Source: Epiperipatus broadwayi (Eukaryota > Animalia > Onychophora). Taken from it: a stretch of DNA of 64,000 bases. This document shows, piece after piece, positions 50,802-62,800 of this stretch. Made by a program: the position numbers and the translations under genes. Positions within the stretch are counted from its first letter, which is position 1, and each line of letters opens with the position of its first letter. The notes beneath the pieces were generated by a model. The model was not told the DNA's origin, did no database searches, and worked only from the letters and a program-made list of their open reading frames with translations. The stretch is taken from positions 12,276,001-12,340,000 of the forward strand of contig JAQFVV010000008.1 of assembly GCA_028023455.1 (NCBI GenBank). Reading direction: 5' to 3'.

Positions 50802-51440
50802 TGAAATTAAACTGAGAGCTGCAAACCTCTCAAGTGCTTGTGACTATCAACAGCCAATCAGATTTTAAACACTGAGACAGAGAATTTAACAAGAAAAGGG
50901 TGGCTCCACTCTCTTCTTTACTTGTCTATCTATATATCCAAGCCAGTCTAAAGTACTTAGATCTTAAAGTGTGAATCTTAAATATCTTCACACTCAACTC
51001 ACTGAGTTCAAATTACAAAATACAGCATTGATAGTCACAAGCGCTTGAGAGGTTTGCAGCTCTCAGTTTAATTTCAATACCATCTGCACTTTATAAAATA
51101 AATATTATTTACATATATTGCTGCAAGTTATAACATCGAAAAACTACTGCATAGTAAATTGAAAGATTTCACGCTGTATGTTTGTAATTTGAACTTAGTG
51201 AATTGACTGTAAAGATATTTAAGATTCACGCTTTCAGATCTAAGTACTTTAGACTGGCTTGGATATATAGATAGACAAGTAAAAAAAAGGTTGGAACCAC
51301 CCTTTTCTTGTTAAATTCTCTGTCTCAGTGTTTAAGATATGATTGGCTGTTGATAGTCACAAGTGCTTGAGAGGTTTGCAGCTCTCAGTTTAATTTCAAT
51401 ACCGTTTGTGCTTTATAAAATAAATATTATTTACATATGA
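50802..51440. mobile_element. Family D: inverted copy plus ~1.3 direct monomers (period 322 bp), pLTR-like architecture, no intact HHR
   Basis: 50802-51026 is the reverse complement of 51173-51398 at high identity. ttgatagtcacaag...tttacatat occurs at 51028 and 51350. Confidence 0.9.
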
Positions 51441-52089
51441 TTTTGTAGTGCAGGCACTGACTTAGATAATACACACACACAAAGAGAGCAGTAGGTGGAA
51501 GAAAAATAAAATAAATTGTAAATTTAGAATTTGCCATGTTGTAAATGTTATTTAATGAAGAAATTATGAAATAAAAGAGAAATTAAATTGAGCATATAAT
51601 TGAAGATTATACCAAAAGAATCCGTGGAGAATAAATGAATGAGAAGAAAGAAAAATGGTTGATGATTTAAAAAAAAAGAAAAACTTTCTGGTAATTAAAG
51701 CAATTAACAAATAACTAAAATTGAAGATGAAATTTGATCTATTCTTGCTAAAACTTTGGTTTCTCAAATAAGTTAACCAATTTTGTATAAATTTCAAATA
51801 AATATGGCTCAATAGTACAGAATAAAATAAAAACGGTTTATTAATCTAAAAAAACAATTCTAATTTGTAAATTATATCCATAATCATTTTTAATTTAAGT
51901 GACTTTTCTGATTTCTTTATTAGGAAAAATAATTTACTTTACTCCAGACAATATATTATAAGCTTGAGTAAACAATAGAAAATAAATCTAGAATCACTAA
52001 GAAACATTTTCTTTTCAGAAATTCCTCTTCAGATTTGGATATAGCATTTCCATTTATAGATATACTTAATAATCTCCACACCATTACAT

Positions 52090-52330
52090 TCTTTTTAAAA
52101 CATATGAATGGAGACATATGCCCCTCCCCCCAGTATGTATTTGTGCTGATCCAGCACTCATCAATTAGCCCAGGTCACATATCTGACATATATCTCATGA
52201 CATACAATATTTATCAATAGCAAATTATTGGATTTTGATTTACAAGTGTTAAACTTACTCCTCTCACAACTTTGACATAATCCACTATAGATAAATACAA
52301 TAATGATTATCACTAATTATTTATTGAATT
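52090..52330 (-). mobile_element. Solo family C copy with HHR relic at ~52130-52176
   Basis: Minus strand CTAA tTGATGA GTGC-TGGATCA-GCAC -AAA TACATA. The flank aagtgttaaacttactcctctcacaactttgacataatcca matches 34974-35015. Confidence 0.75.
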
Positions 52331-52649
52331 AATATTACGGCTTCGGAATACAGTAAATAAAAATGCTTTTGGTGCAATATTTTTAATTCGGTCACTGATT
52401 TAAATAATTAATTAAAGTCTTTGATTATTTAATAAATGTATAACTTACAAGTTTTTAGAACTTTCATTGATGCTCACTAATATAAACTATTACTTTATTT
52501 ATGGTGAACATTTTCTGCAAAAAAGGTCAGTTCATCATTAGTCAAAAAGTAAATTTGCAATCTTTTCAAAATTATACAAAGTTTATTACATTACAATCTT
52601 CAAATATATATTGTAATATTCTCGATTACTTTAAATAAATGATTAGCAT

Positions 52650-53456
52650 ATCTATGCTGATCAATGGCAGACAGAAATTTTTATGCATGGGTGCTTTACT
52701 ACAGTATCGCCATAAACACATAAACAATTAAAACAAAACAGAGCATTTCTAATTTCACAACCACACAGCAATTTTATTTTTCCATATCAATGTATTTTAT
52801 TTTTACTAACTGCTGTTTGACAAATAATATCTGGAGTAGATCAATCTTTATTTTTTATTTCAATTTTTTCATGTAAAACAATTGGAAATATATATATATT
52901 TAATATATATTCAACACTAATATCCGTCATGGTAAATATTTAAAATAGTATTTCTTGTATTATTTTGTTATATTTTTCTGTAATAAATAATTATATGTTC
53001 ATTTATAAAAGTTAATTACAAGAAAAAAACCCAATATTTTATTGCTCATCAAAAATAAAACAAAAAAAAAAAAAGATTTATTCACTCTGAAGAGGAAACC
53101 AGAATAGATAAACATACCACTCTCAAATAGCTATTGGAACTGCTGCAGTGAGCAGCACCAATGGTGCTACTTACATGTGTTGATAAAAGCCAATGAATCT
53201 CAGCAGAACTTGCTGGAATTCCACCAAATATGATGCTTTTGGCACTGTCAGATTTAGCAATGTTTTTGAATAAAATCTCAAGCATTGCTTAAAATAATTC
53301 TTTTTAAAAATGCTTTAAGTAGTTGTATTTACATAATAATTCTGTAAATAATTAAATGATTATTATATTATTGATACTTTCAAGCCCAAATTTAATAATT
53401 CAAATTTTTTCTTGAAGTGCTGCACCACCACAGTGCCTATGGATCAGCCACCATTG
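52650..53456 (-). mobile_element. 5' part of a ZMYM1/TTF-type hAT element (terminus plus N-terminal zinc-finger relic)
   Basis: Terminus-like caatggtggctgatccataggc at 53456. STPDII...*YGKIKLLCGCEIRNALFCFNCLCVYGD (52690-52850) matches the RPTPDL...WY.K..WLCGC..KNALFCFPCLLFGG family pattern. Confidence 0.55.
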
Positions 53457-53766
53457 ATAAAGCTTATACTCCAGATTAACTAAATTATTTATAAATTAAA
53501 TAAAACATTATTCAAGATTATTACTCATTCTATACAAGACAATAAGAAATAATAGAAATATTTAATTAGCAATTCTACAATTTTCAAATAAAACTACTAT
53601 TTTACTTAAAATTTGTAGAATTTCTAATTATATATTGTAATAGCAATCTATTGCAATTTTCTTTTAATCTTACTACATTTATATCACTTAGTAGAAGCTT
53701 TGTTAATCAATAGATGCCAGATGGTAACACTTAATAATTCTTATTCAGTGTTAACTTATTTTTATA

Positions 53767-53808
53767 TCCCTAAATTAGTTTCTAGCATATGACTTTCATC
53801 AGTGAGAA
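53767..53808 (-). ncRNA. Type I hammerhead (family A), core intact, stems decayed
   Basis: Minus strand gcTTCTCA | CTGATGA | A-AGTCATATGCT-A | GAAA | CTAA | TT | TAGGGA. Homology continues to tctggcatctattgatta at ~53705. Confidence 0.78.
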
Positions 53809-53883
53809 GCTTTTATATTTTTGAACAATGCATTTGATTTCTTTTTTGGAATTAATACATCAAGATAGCAAAATATGTAGTCA

Positions 53884-53948
53884 AGGTTGGTGGCCTAACG
53901 GTTAGCATAGCTGCCTTCCAAGTAGCTGGCCCGTTTCAGGTCAACGCA
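53884..53948 (+). pseudogene. tRNA-Gly(TCC) pseudogene with T-arm deletion
   Basis: AGGTTGGTGGCCTAACGGTTAGCATAGCTGCCTTCCAAGTAGCTGGCCCG...CAGGTCAACGCA versus eukaryotic tRNA-Gly-TCC GCGTTGGTGGTATAGTGGTGAGCATAGCTGCCTTCCAAGCAGTTGACCCGGGTTCGATTCCCGGCCAACGCA. Anticodon TCC at 53917-53919; the GGTTCGA B-box is missing. Confidence 0.85.
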
Positions 53949-56900
53949 TTTGACATTTAAAAAAAAGATAGCAAAGTATGTAAGCAAAAATCACGTTATG
54001 TTTTGTAGGTTATATAATACTGTACTTTATTGAATTAAGTAAAAGCTGTGTTAAATTCCCAATGCATCTTTTTTAATTGAATTATATTAAATATCAAAGA
54101 TATATCCTATCATTATCAACAGATTCTTTGGAAAAAATAAGCTTACTTTTTGATTTCAAAAGTTATTATTTTAGTTAGCACGCAGATATTTAGGCTTTCT
54201 CTAAGATTTAAATATAGTTAATAACAGTGATTGTGTTATCTGCCATTTAAAGATTTCTTTAAATATTTCCCTTTGAATTGTAATATACTGTATTACATTT
54301 TATTTATTAAAAAAAAAGGAAAGAAGCAACATCACATTGGAAAATTAATTTTGTTTTGATCCATTATTTTAAACATTGAAATTGAACTGTCAACGAAGAA
54401 ATGTTTCTTGTTTAATTTGTATATGGAATAATAGATTTAGTAACTATTTTTGCAGCAGGAAGCATTCGATTTTTTTTTTTGTTTGTTTGTTGTCATTTGG
54501 AAAAATGAATGAAAAATAAAATATTTTAGTTTACGTGAAAAAAGAAGACAGTTTATTAATTGTAGCAGTTTATTTAATTCAGATATTTTAATAGCAATCT
54601 ATTATATATAATCACCCACACCTACATTCATAAACTAATATTTTTTAATAGACTCTAAATATATAAATACACAATATAAATATTAAAAAAATCTATTATA
54701 TTATAATTATTCGCCAGTATAAAATTTTCACGTCAGTATTTCTTATTGTAAATGTATTTTTTTAAAAAACTATTATCAGGCAATCTTAAAATCTCGAATC
54801 TCCACCCCAGAAGTTATATTTTGATTAATACATATTATTACAACTTGTTTGATTTTACAGCTGAATTTATTTGCAATCAAATGCGCATGTATATAAGCAG
54901 GTTTTTTTGCTTTTTATCAGTGCACCTATCATTTTAATTCCACCATGTTGCAAACATCCACCAGTAGAAATTCAGACCACACTTTCTCACTACTTATGCA
55001 TTTTGTGTCATTCATCAGATAAACTAGATATCAAACACTCAGATGTCCATAACTATTCCTGTGGTAGCAGCTCAATATTTGTGAAACTATTGAAGGAATG
55101 ATCCAAAATATTTACTTTGGTGAATAGTTACAATATGATAGATGTTTAAATATGAGAGATTTGAGATCTGATTGTTTATAAGATATGTATCATCATCAAT
55201 ATTTGACCAGATTAGATTCCAAGTATCACTTGCCCTTTAGATTTTCATAACTCCTAAAAAGAATCATAAAAAGAATTTAAATTATTTTTTTCTTTTACTT
55301 TCATAATTTATTCCTCTGGTAATATATTTTCTTTTTTTTTTTTAACTTCTTAATAAAAAATCTTATTCACCCAAGTATTTTTTGCTTCTGAAGCCTTTAA
55401 TTGCTTTTTAAAAAGCTTTTAATATCCCTTATATAGTAAGATATTTGTGATTTTTCAAGGTATTCATAAATACGTTGTTGTATTGCATTGTCTTAGATTA
55501 TTTACATATTTTTGATAAAGGATTTAGCTTATAATTTTCATGTGTTATAATTGGTCATGCATGCTGATTTTTATATGAAGAATAATATTGTGTTTATTTA
55601 CATTTTTATTGTAAGCTAAAAGAATTTAATTTGAATTGCAGACGTATGATATTTGTAATTTACTATGAGCTGAAATTTTTTTAATAATTATTGAGGATAT
55701 TTGAATTGTTTTCAATGAGCATTAGGTTTTGGTTTTAAAAATGTCACATATATATCTGTATATTCGCCAGTGTGACTATATAATTCATCAATGATTATTA
55801 TATTGTTATATCTGTTATCAGAAAAAGATATAGAAATGAAATAAAATCTAATAACATTCCACATAACTTTCTAATCATTTATATTGTATAAGTCCAGAAA
55901 GGAAAAGTGCCAATTTAAGTCCAAACAGTGCAATTAAAAAAATGTATATACTATTGAGCTGTTAAGATTATTCTATGCTGATTATTAAAAACTGTTGAGA
56001 AGTTAAATTTTTTATCCAGAAACAATTTTTTTTTATTGAATTTAACCAAAACTATATTATTACTCCAGAAATTAAAAGAGCAAAAAGTATCAAAAGACTG
56101 GAACAGAAAAAGAAGTGCTTCTTTTCCATCTTCATCATTTTGGGTCAACTGGGATTCCCACTGGAGAGAAGCAGTAAAAGAAATAGCAGGGGACATGTTA
56201 TTATCCAGGATTTTTTTTCCTCAAGGTGCCAAAGCTGGCTAGAATTAAAACAGATTACTCTGATATTATGATTTTAAAATGCCTTAAGGTCCTGCAGGAT
56301 TAAATGATTTTAATTATGGCAAGGCTAATGTATTGCCTTCTTTGTGTTATATAAGTATTGAGTATGTATTAAGTGAAAAGAACCTATATTCCAAAGCAAT
56401 GGAACTGGGATTTATATAATTGAGAAAAGTATGAACTCATATGAATATTATATCTTGGTATATTTATGTATCCTATTATTCTTATATATTGTAACTTGTA
56501 TTAAAGTGTGTGAAGAAATTGAGCGGCTGTGAGTTTTATTTCCTTTGTGTTCTAAAGAAAATTATTCCTAAAATATTTTGTTATTCTTACTTGGGGATTA
56601 TAGAGCTAAGACATAGCAAACCTGGCACAGTCGTTAGTTTGAACAGATTTAGAGAGAAAATTAGTAGGATAGTTAAAGTGAAAAAAAAAAAAAAGACTTT
56701 TTGTGGACAAACATTTATCGGTGAGTTTGATGTGGGAATGCTGTGAAATGGCCACTATATATGACTCAGATCAAAATTTTTTTTACTCTAAATGGAATTC
56801 AGGATAATAAATGAAAAGTTGCAGCACTTTTATGCTTTTCAGGTAAAAAACGTTACAGAAATAATGAATAAGTTTTATGACCCCCAAGTTGAAAATGGTA

Positions 56901-58858
56901 TCTCTACTCCTTTTCCTAGTCTTTCTATTGTTCTTTCAATTTCTCTCAAATATTTCAAAAACAAATTAGGTGACATAGGCCATTCTTGCCCAAGCCCATT
57001 TTAAACTCTGATTCTTTATTTCCTAATTGATGCATATAATAATTATTTTCATACAATCTCTCAATAAGATCCACTAAAGCTCCATTCATTCCCAAATTTA
57101 CTAAACTTACCCATAATCTATTCTTATTTATTCTATCATATGCCTTCTCTATATCTGTAAAGAACATATATAACTGTCTATCTGTATTCCTACTCATATC
57201 AATAAGTTGTGTGACTACAAATAAACTATCTTCTTTATGCCTATCAATTCTAAAACCACCTTGCATTTCCCCCACTATATTAGTTTCTTCCATTCATTTT
57301 GTCACCCAGTCACCATGTATGCAAAAACTTTATATAACATTGACATTATCACTATCGGCATATAATTGTTTATCTTTCTATGGTTCTTACTCTTTCCTTT
57401 AAGTAATAGCCTTACACTTGTATTATCCAGCCGTTTGTGATGATTTTGTATTTTGTATTATCTTATTAAAACATGATAATTGCCAAATTCATCACCAACT
57501 CTGCAGTCCATCCATCTAAACCACTTGCCTTTTCACTTTTCAACTTCTTCCCTGCCTCAGTCAATTACACTTTCTGTAAAACTAATATTTCCATTAATAT
57601 GTGCATTCATATTTGTTGTTACTCTATCCTTCTCATGTAACATTTATTTATATCCATTACATACTTATTTAAGACTATCTCTAATTCTTCTCTGGAGTTA
57701 CACTCTTTTTCCTCATCATTTAGTAATACTATTTTTCTCTTCCCTACATTTCTTTTAATATCTTTTCAAAATTTTTTTGATCCCAACTCTTCCACTTTTA
57801 TTAATATCCTCCAATAATTAACTATTTAATTTCATTCTTTCTCTATAATTATCTATTTTAGTAATTTCTTTTTTTAAAATAGTTTATTACTAACACTTTT
57901 TCACTTTCTTTGTTTTTAATAGCACATTAATATTCTCTGCATGCTTTCCCCTCTCTTTTACAATTTTACTAATTCTCAATTTTCTATTACTTTTATTCTT
58001 CTGAATATTTTCAGCTAAAACCCTATTTGCCACAACCAATTCTTATATTTATCCCTAATAAACTCTTCAATGATTTCTTCTATTTTTATTTTATATTCTT
58101 CAAACTAATACATAACCTACTGTGTGAAATATATTATTTATAGATAATATGTATTACTCCTCATAAATGTATGATAAATTTCCAAAGTTCAAATTTGCTC
58201 TCTGACAAAAAAATTTCAGACCCTGTTCATTCTTGTTATCCTCATCATCAATTTCTTCAATATGACCATTCATATCACTTATAACCATTATTTTCTTCCC
58301 CCTTTTTTTGAAACTCTATATATTCTTAATTAGGCATTCATATATGATACTGTTCCACTCCATTATAGTATGACTAGTCCATATATACTATAGCCACCAT
58401 CCATTCTTGTCTTCCTCACCTTATCTCAAACCATCAATGTTCTTGATATTTTACAGTATTTAAATATTTTTTTTGACAAAACTACTATATCACCACCCCT
58501 TTTTTCTTTTTCTTTTGTATTTATACCTTTCCATACCAAATCTTCCAATGTAAGTTGTTCTTCTTCTCTTGCTAATTCCTCAAGCCCTGTTTTAAACTGC
58601 TTTGTTTAATTTCAACCATTTTTCTGGTCTCCTACCACCTCATATATTTAAATACCCAATTTTAATAATTTCTTCCTTTCTTACTATTCTTTTATAAATT
58701 CTTTTATATACTTTCTTCTCTATTACATTTCTAATTAGTTTGTTTATCATTATTTTTACAGCCCCATTTCCTATCCCATTTACATTTATATCAGAATCAG
58801 CTACCCTTTGTTTACTTTTTACACCTGTCCATTCTTGATTTTTTTTGATAACAGTGTA

Positions 58859-59070
58859 TCTGAACTTAGTTCAATCCCATATGGCTATTTAAGTTAGATA
58901 GCTGGATTGGAAGACATACAAATGTCTGAAGTGTTGGTATTTTAATCTAATATTTAAATGTCCTAGCACCTCACTGAGGAAACCAGTAGCAGAAACAAGT
59001 CTGAGGTTGATGATATTCTGAAAAGTTTGTTAAGAACTATTTGTAAGCTCATTATGTAACATTTATAATA
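58859..59070 (+). mobile_element. HHR family A/B element inserted into LINE copy 1
   Basis: Absent at the orthologous position of LINE copy 2 (gataacactg|caattcaaaa, ~63100-63120). Contains cccatatggctatt...gaagacat..atgtctgaa (family B). Possible degenerate TSD ataacagtgta/ataatactata. Confidence 0.8.
58969..59006 (+). ncRNA. Type I minimal hammerhead, core intact, stem II decayed
   Basis: CCTCA | CTGAGGA | A-ACCAGTAGC-A | GAAA | CAAG | TC | TGAGG: perfect 5 bp stem I and GUC triplet. Confidence 0.8.
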
Positions 59071-59829
59071 TAATACTATAATTAAAAACCCTACCTCTTT
59101 ATAAGCTTATGAAACAATAATATTTTTTTATAAATTAACCCCCCCCCCCTAATGCTTCACTTCATTGTTTTCCAAGCATAATCCATCTTTACTGTATAAC
59201 TTCTTCTTATTAATAAAAAAAATCCCACATATCCACAAACACAACATTATTTTTGTCACATAATTTTTCCAATCTCTCAATTATAGAACATGCCATATCT
59301 AACATATACCTATTGTCAAATCTTAGTAGTAATCCAACTACTCCTACTCTTCCTTTAACCAAACTATTAATCAATTCTTTGTATTCATTCATTATTCTCT
59401 CCAATGGCTCTCACAAATTATTTATCTTTACCATACCATAAACATCTCTACTTCATTATTTCTTTACCTTATGTGTAACATCCCCAATTCTAGATTCAGG
59501 TAAACATACTCATATTCCTATTTCTATTTTCCCTTGCAATTACATATCTACATCCTTTAATTAGTGAGTACCCTATCAAGATTTGATACAAAGTGCTGTG
59601 GCTTCTCCTTATGTGGAGTGAGGAATTTCTTATCCACTATGCCCAGAGAAACCTGTTAGCCACTTTACCTTCCCTTTTCATTCCTCACCCTAGGTTTTCA
59701 CCATATTATTCTCTATCCTGCTCCATCCCATTTCCACAACTTTGTCAACTCCATGGCTTTTATATCTACACCCCCCCCCATATCTTTTCCCAAACCCAGC
59801 AAAAAAAAAACAAACAATAACCCAATTTC

Positions 59830-62800
59830 TGTATAATCACTTTCCTTATATTTATTTTTTCACATCATTATTTGTACTCTTTCTGCTTTCAGAAATTTGC
59901 ATTCAATTAACAGATGTCTAATATTTTCATTACCTTCCTTACAGAACTTGCAGACTAAATCACTCATATTTTTCAATTTATGTGTATATTCCCTTGTTGC
60001 TAAAGACCCTGTTTGAGCCTTAAACACTAAACTACTTTCCTTGCTATTATCATAAATTAACTCACACCCAATATTCCATTTATTTCTATATATATTTAAA
60101 CTCTTTTTACTCTCCATACTAATTCTCAATTTCTCCAACTCCCTATTCTTTATTAATGCATCTATTCTTCTATCTCATTTTTTGCCACTATAACACTCAA
60201 CAATTCTCCTAACATAATCATCCCACCTTTTGTACAAGTATACTGACATAAAGTCTTTATCCACATCTTCTGTGTGCTGGACTACTTTTATCACCCATCT
60301 TGTTGCCTACCCTTTACTCAAAACCCAATTAAATTCTATTTTGGCTATTCTTTTACTATCCATAAATTGTAGTCTATCAAACATTTTCATTTTGCTTTTT
60401 GCATCTCTCATATAAATACTTGACCATCCCATTTCTCCTTGACTTGCCTCCATTGCCATCCCCACAGCTGTGTCTAATGCATGCCTTCCTACTTCTCTTC
60501 ATACTTTTTCTAAGTAATCTAACACCCTTTTACTAACACATAATGCATTATTTACCATATGTTAATCCTCCTACTGCCACTCCCTTCCATACAATTCTAG
60601 CTACATCATATTTATTATATGAAAACACTGTTAATTTCTTTATCAATTTCTTTATTAGTCCCTTTCTTTTCCTTGCTTCATTTATCAATTTTTTTCTCCC
60701 ATTCACCCAAGCAATTTCTCTGAAACTTAAGATGATGCCCAAATAGTTATACCTATTCACCACAATTAACTTTATATCCCCCAATAAAAAATTCTTTATC
60801 TTCACTTTCACCAATATTAATCATTATTATTTTGATTTTTCTCCACTAAATTTAATCCCCATTTCTTTACTCACCCTTGCACATGTCCTCAGCATGACTT
60901 CCATATCTTTCCTTCTTTCTGTACACAAGAAAACATTATCCATAAATAAAAGACCCAATAATGTATATACTCTCTTGCCATCTATTAATGGGATGTCTAT
61001 ACCACTTCCTAGTCTTTCTATTGCTCTCTCCATTTCTCTCAAATGCAGCAAAAAAAAAATAGGTGGCATAGGGCATTCTTTCTTAGTCCCATCCTATTTT
61101 TAACCGTAACTGATTCTATATTCCCTAATTGATATGCATAATAATTATTTTCATATAATCTCTTAATAATATCCATCATTCCTAAATTTATTAAACTTAC
61201 CCATGATCTATTTCTATTTACTCTATCATCTGCCTTCTTTATATCTATAAAAACCATATATAATCATCTATCTGTATTTGTACTCATATTCTACAAGTTG
61301 TGAAACTACAAATAAACTATTTTCTATATGCCTATCCGATCAAAAATCTCCTTGCATTTCTTTCACTATATTATTTTCTTCCATTCATTTTGTGACTCTT
61401 CCAGCCATGTGAACACTTTATATAACATTGATGTTACCGCTATCAGTCTATAATTGCTTAATTTTCTATGATCCTTATGCTTTCCTTTAAATAGTAGCCT
61501 TACTCTTGTATTACTCCAACTATCCAGAAATATCTCTCTTCTATGCCATCTTATTAAAACATAATAAGTTTATATTTTGCCCTATGTCCTAAATTCATTA
61601 CCATCTCTGCTGTCCATCCATCCAAATATCTTGCCTTTCCACTTTTCAATTTTTTCCCTGCCTCATTCAGTTCATTTTCTGTAAAATTAATATTTTCATT
61701 ACTATATGCTTTCATGTTTGTTATCACTCTGTCCTTCACATCTAACATCTTTTCTATATCCATTACATACTTATTTAATATTGTCTCTAATACTTCTCTA
61801 TAGAGCTACACTCTATTCCATCATTATCTAGTAATACTATTTCTTTCTTCCCTACATTACTTCTTTTAATGTATTTCCAAAAAATTTTACATTCATCTCT
61901 TACACTTTTATTAATATCCTCCAACAATTTGCTATTAAATTTCATTCTTTCTTTATAATTATCTATTTTAGCCAATATCTTTTGTAAAAATACTTTTCCC
62001 ATTTAACATTACCATCTTTTTCACTTTCTTTGTTTTTAATAGCACACTTATATTCTCTGCATGCTTTTCCCCTCACTTTTACTAACTCTCTCTTTCCTAT
62101 TACCTTTATTTCTTTTTATATTCATCCCCAACCAACACTTCCATGGTTTCTTCAATTTTTATTTTATATTCTTCTAACTTATTCTCATCATTCATTCTCC
62201 ATCCACATCTTTCACTATCCTTTCTACTTTTATTACTGTTTCTCATCACATTACTAAGCATTTGTTATAAAAAAATTATGATCACTATTGCATACTCTCT
62301 CTTCATTATCAAACATTTTCATTTTCCATACTTTATTTATTTTTTATTTCTCTACTAATATATAGTATATTGTGTGAACTATATTATTTCTAGACCATGT
62401 GTATTGTTCCTCTAAATATTTGATAAATTTACAATGCTCAAATTCACTCTCTGACAAAATTTCTTCAAACTTTGTCCATTTTTGTTATTTACATCATCAA
62501 TTTCTTCTATATGCCCATTCATATCCCCTTTAACCATTATTATTTTTCTTTGAAGCTCTGTATATCCTTAACTAGGCATTCATATATGCTACTGTGCTTC
62601 TTTATTATAGTTTGACTATATCCAGTGCCTATATACATTAAATCCACAATCCATTCTTGTCTTCCTAATGTTATCTCAAATCATAAACGTTCTTGATATT
62701 TGACAATATTTAAATATTTTTTTTGACATAACTCATATACCACTACCCCTTTTTTCTTTTTCTTTTCTATTTGTACCCTGCCATCCAAGTCTTCCAGTAT

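Larger units (their letters stand above)
56890..59580 (-). mobile_element. Non-LTR retrotransposon copy 1 (SGNH-esterase ORF1 end, APE, start of RT), truncated at both ends
   Basis: IGYSLI/LLLRFDNRYMLDMACSIIERLEKLCDKNNVVFVDMWDFF (esterase) and EMQGGFRIDR..DSLFV..FFTDIEKAYDRI (RT). Colinear with 60985-63540. Confidence 0.88.

Noticed and set aside
51985-52040. Minus-strand CTGAAGA GGAATTTCT GAAA AGAAA-ATG-TTTCT TA, a hammerhead-like string with a 5 bp stem III
   Set aside because: Stem I forms only ~2 bp, stem II is marginal, and the flanks match no repeat family. Likely chance in AT-rich DNA.
54975-55025. Minus-strand CTGATGA ATGACAC AAAA TGCA TA with palindromic stem III
   Set aside because: Stem II is too short, G12 is absent and stem I does not pair. 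At best an unverifiable relic.
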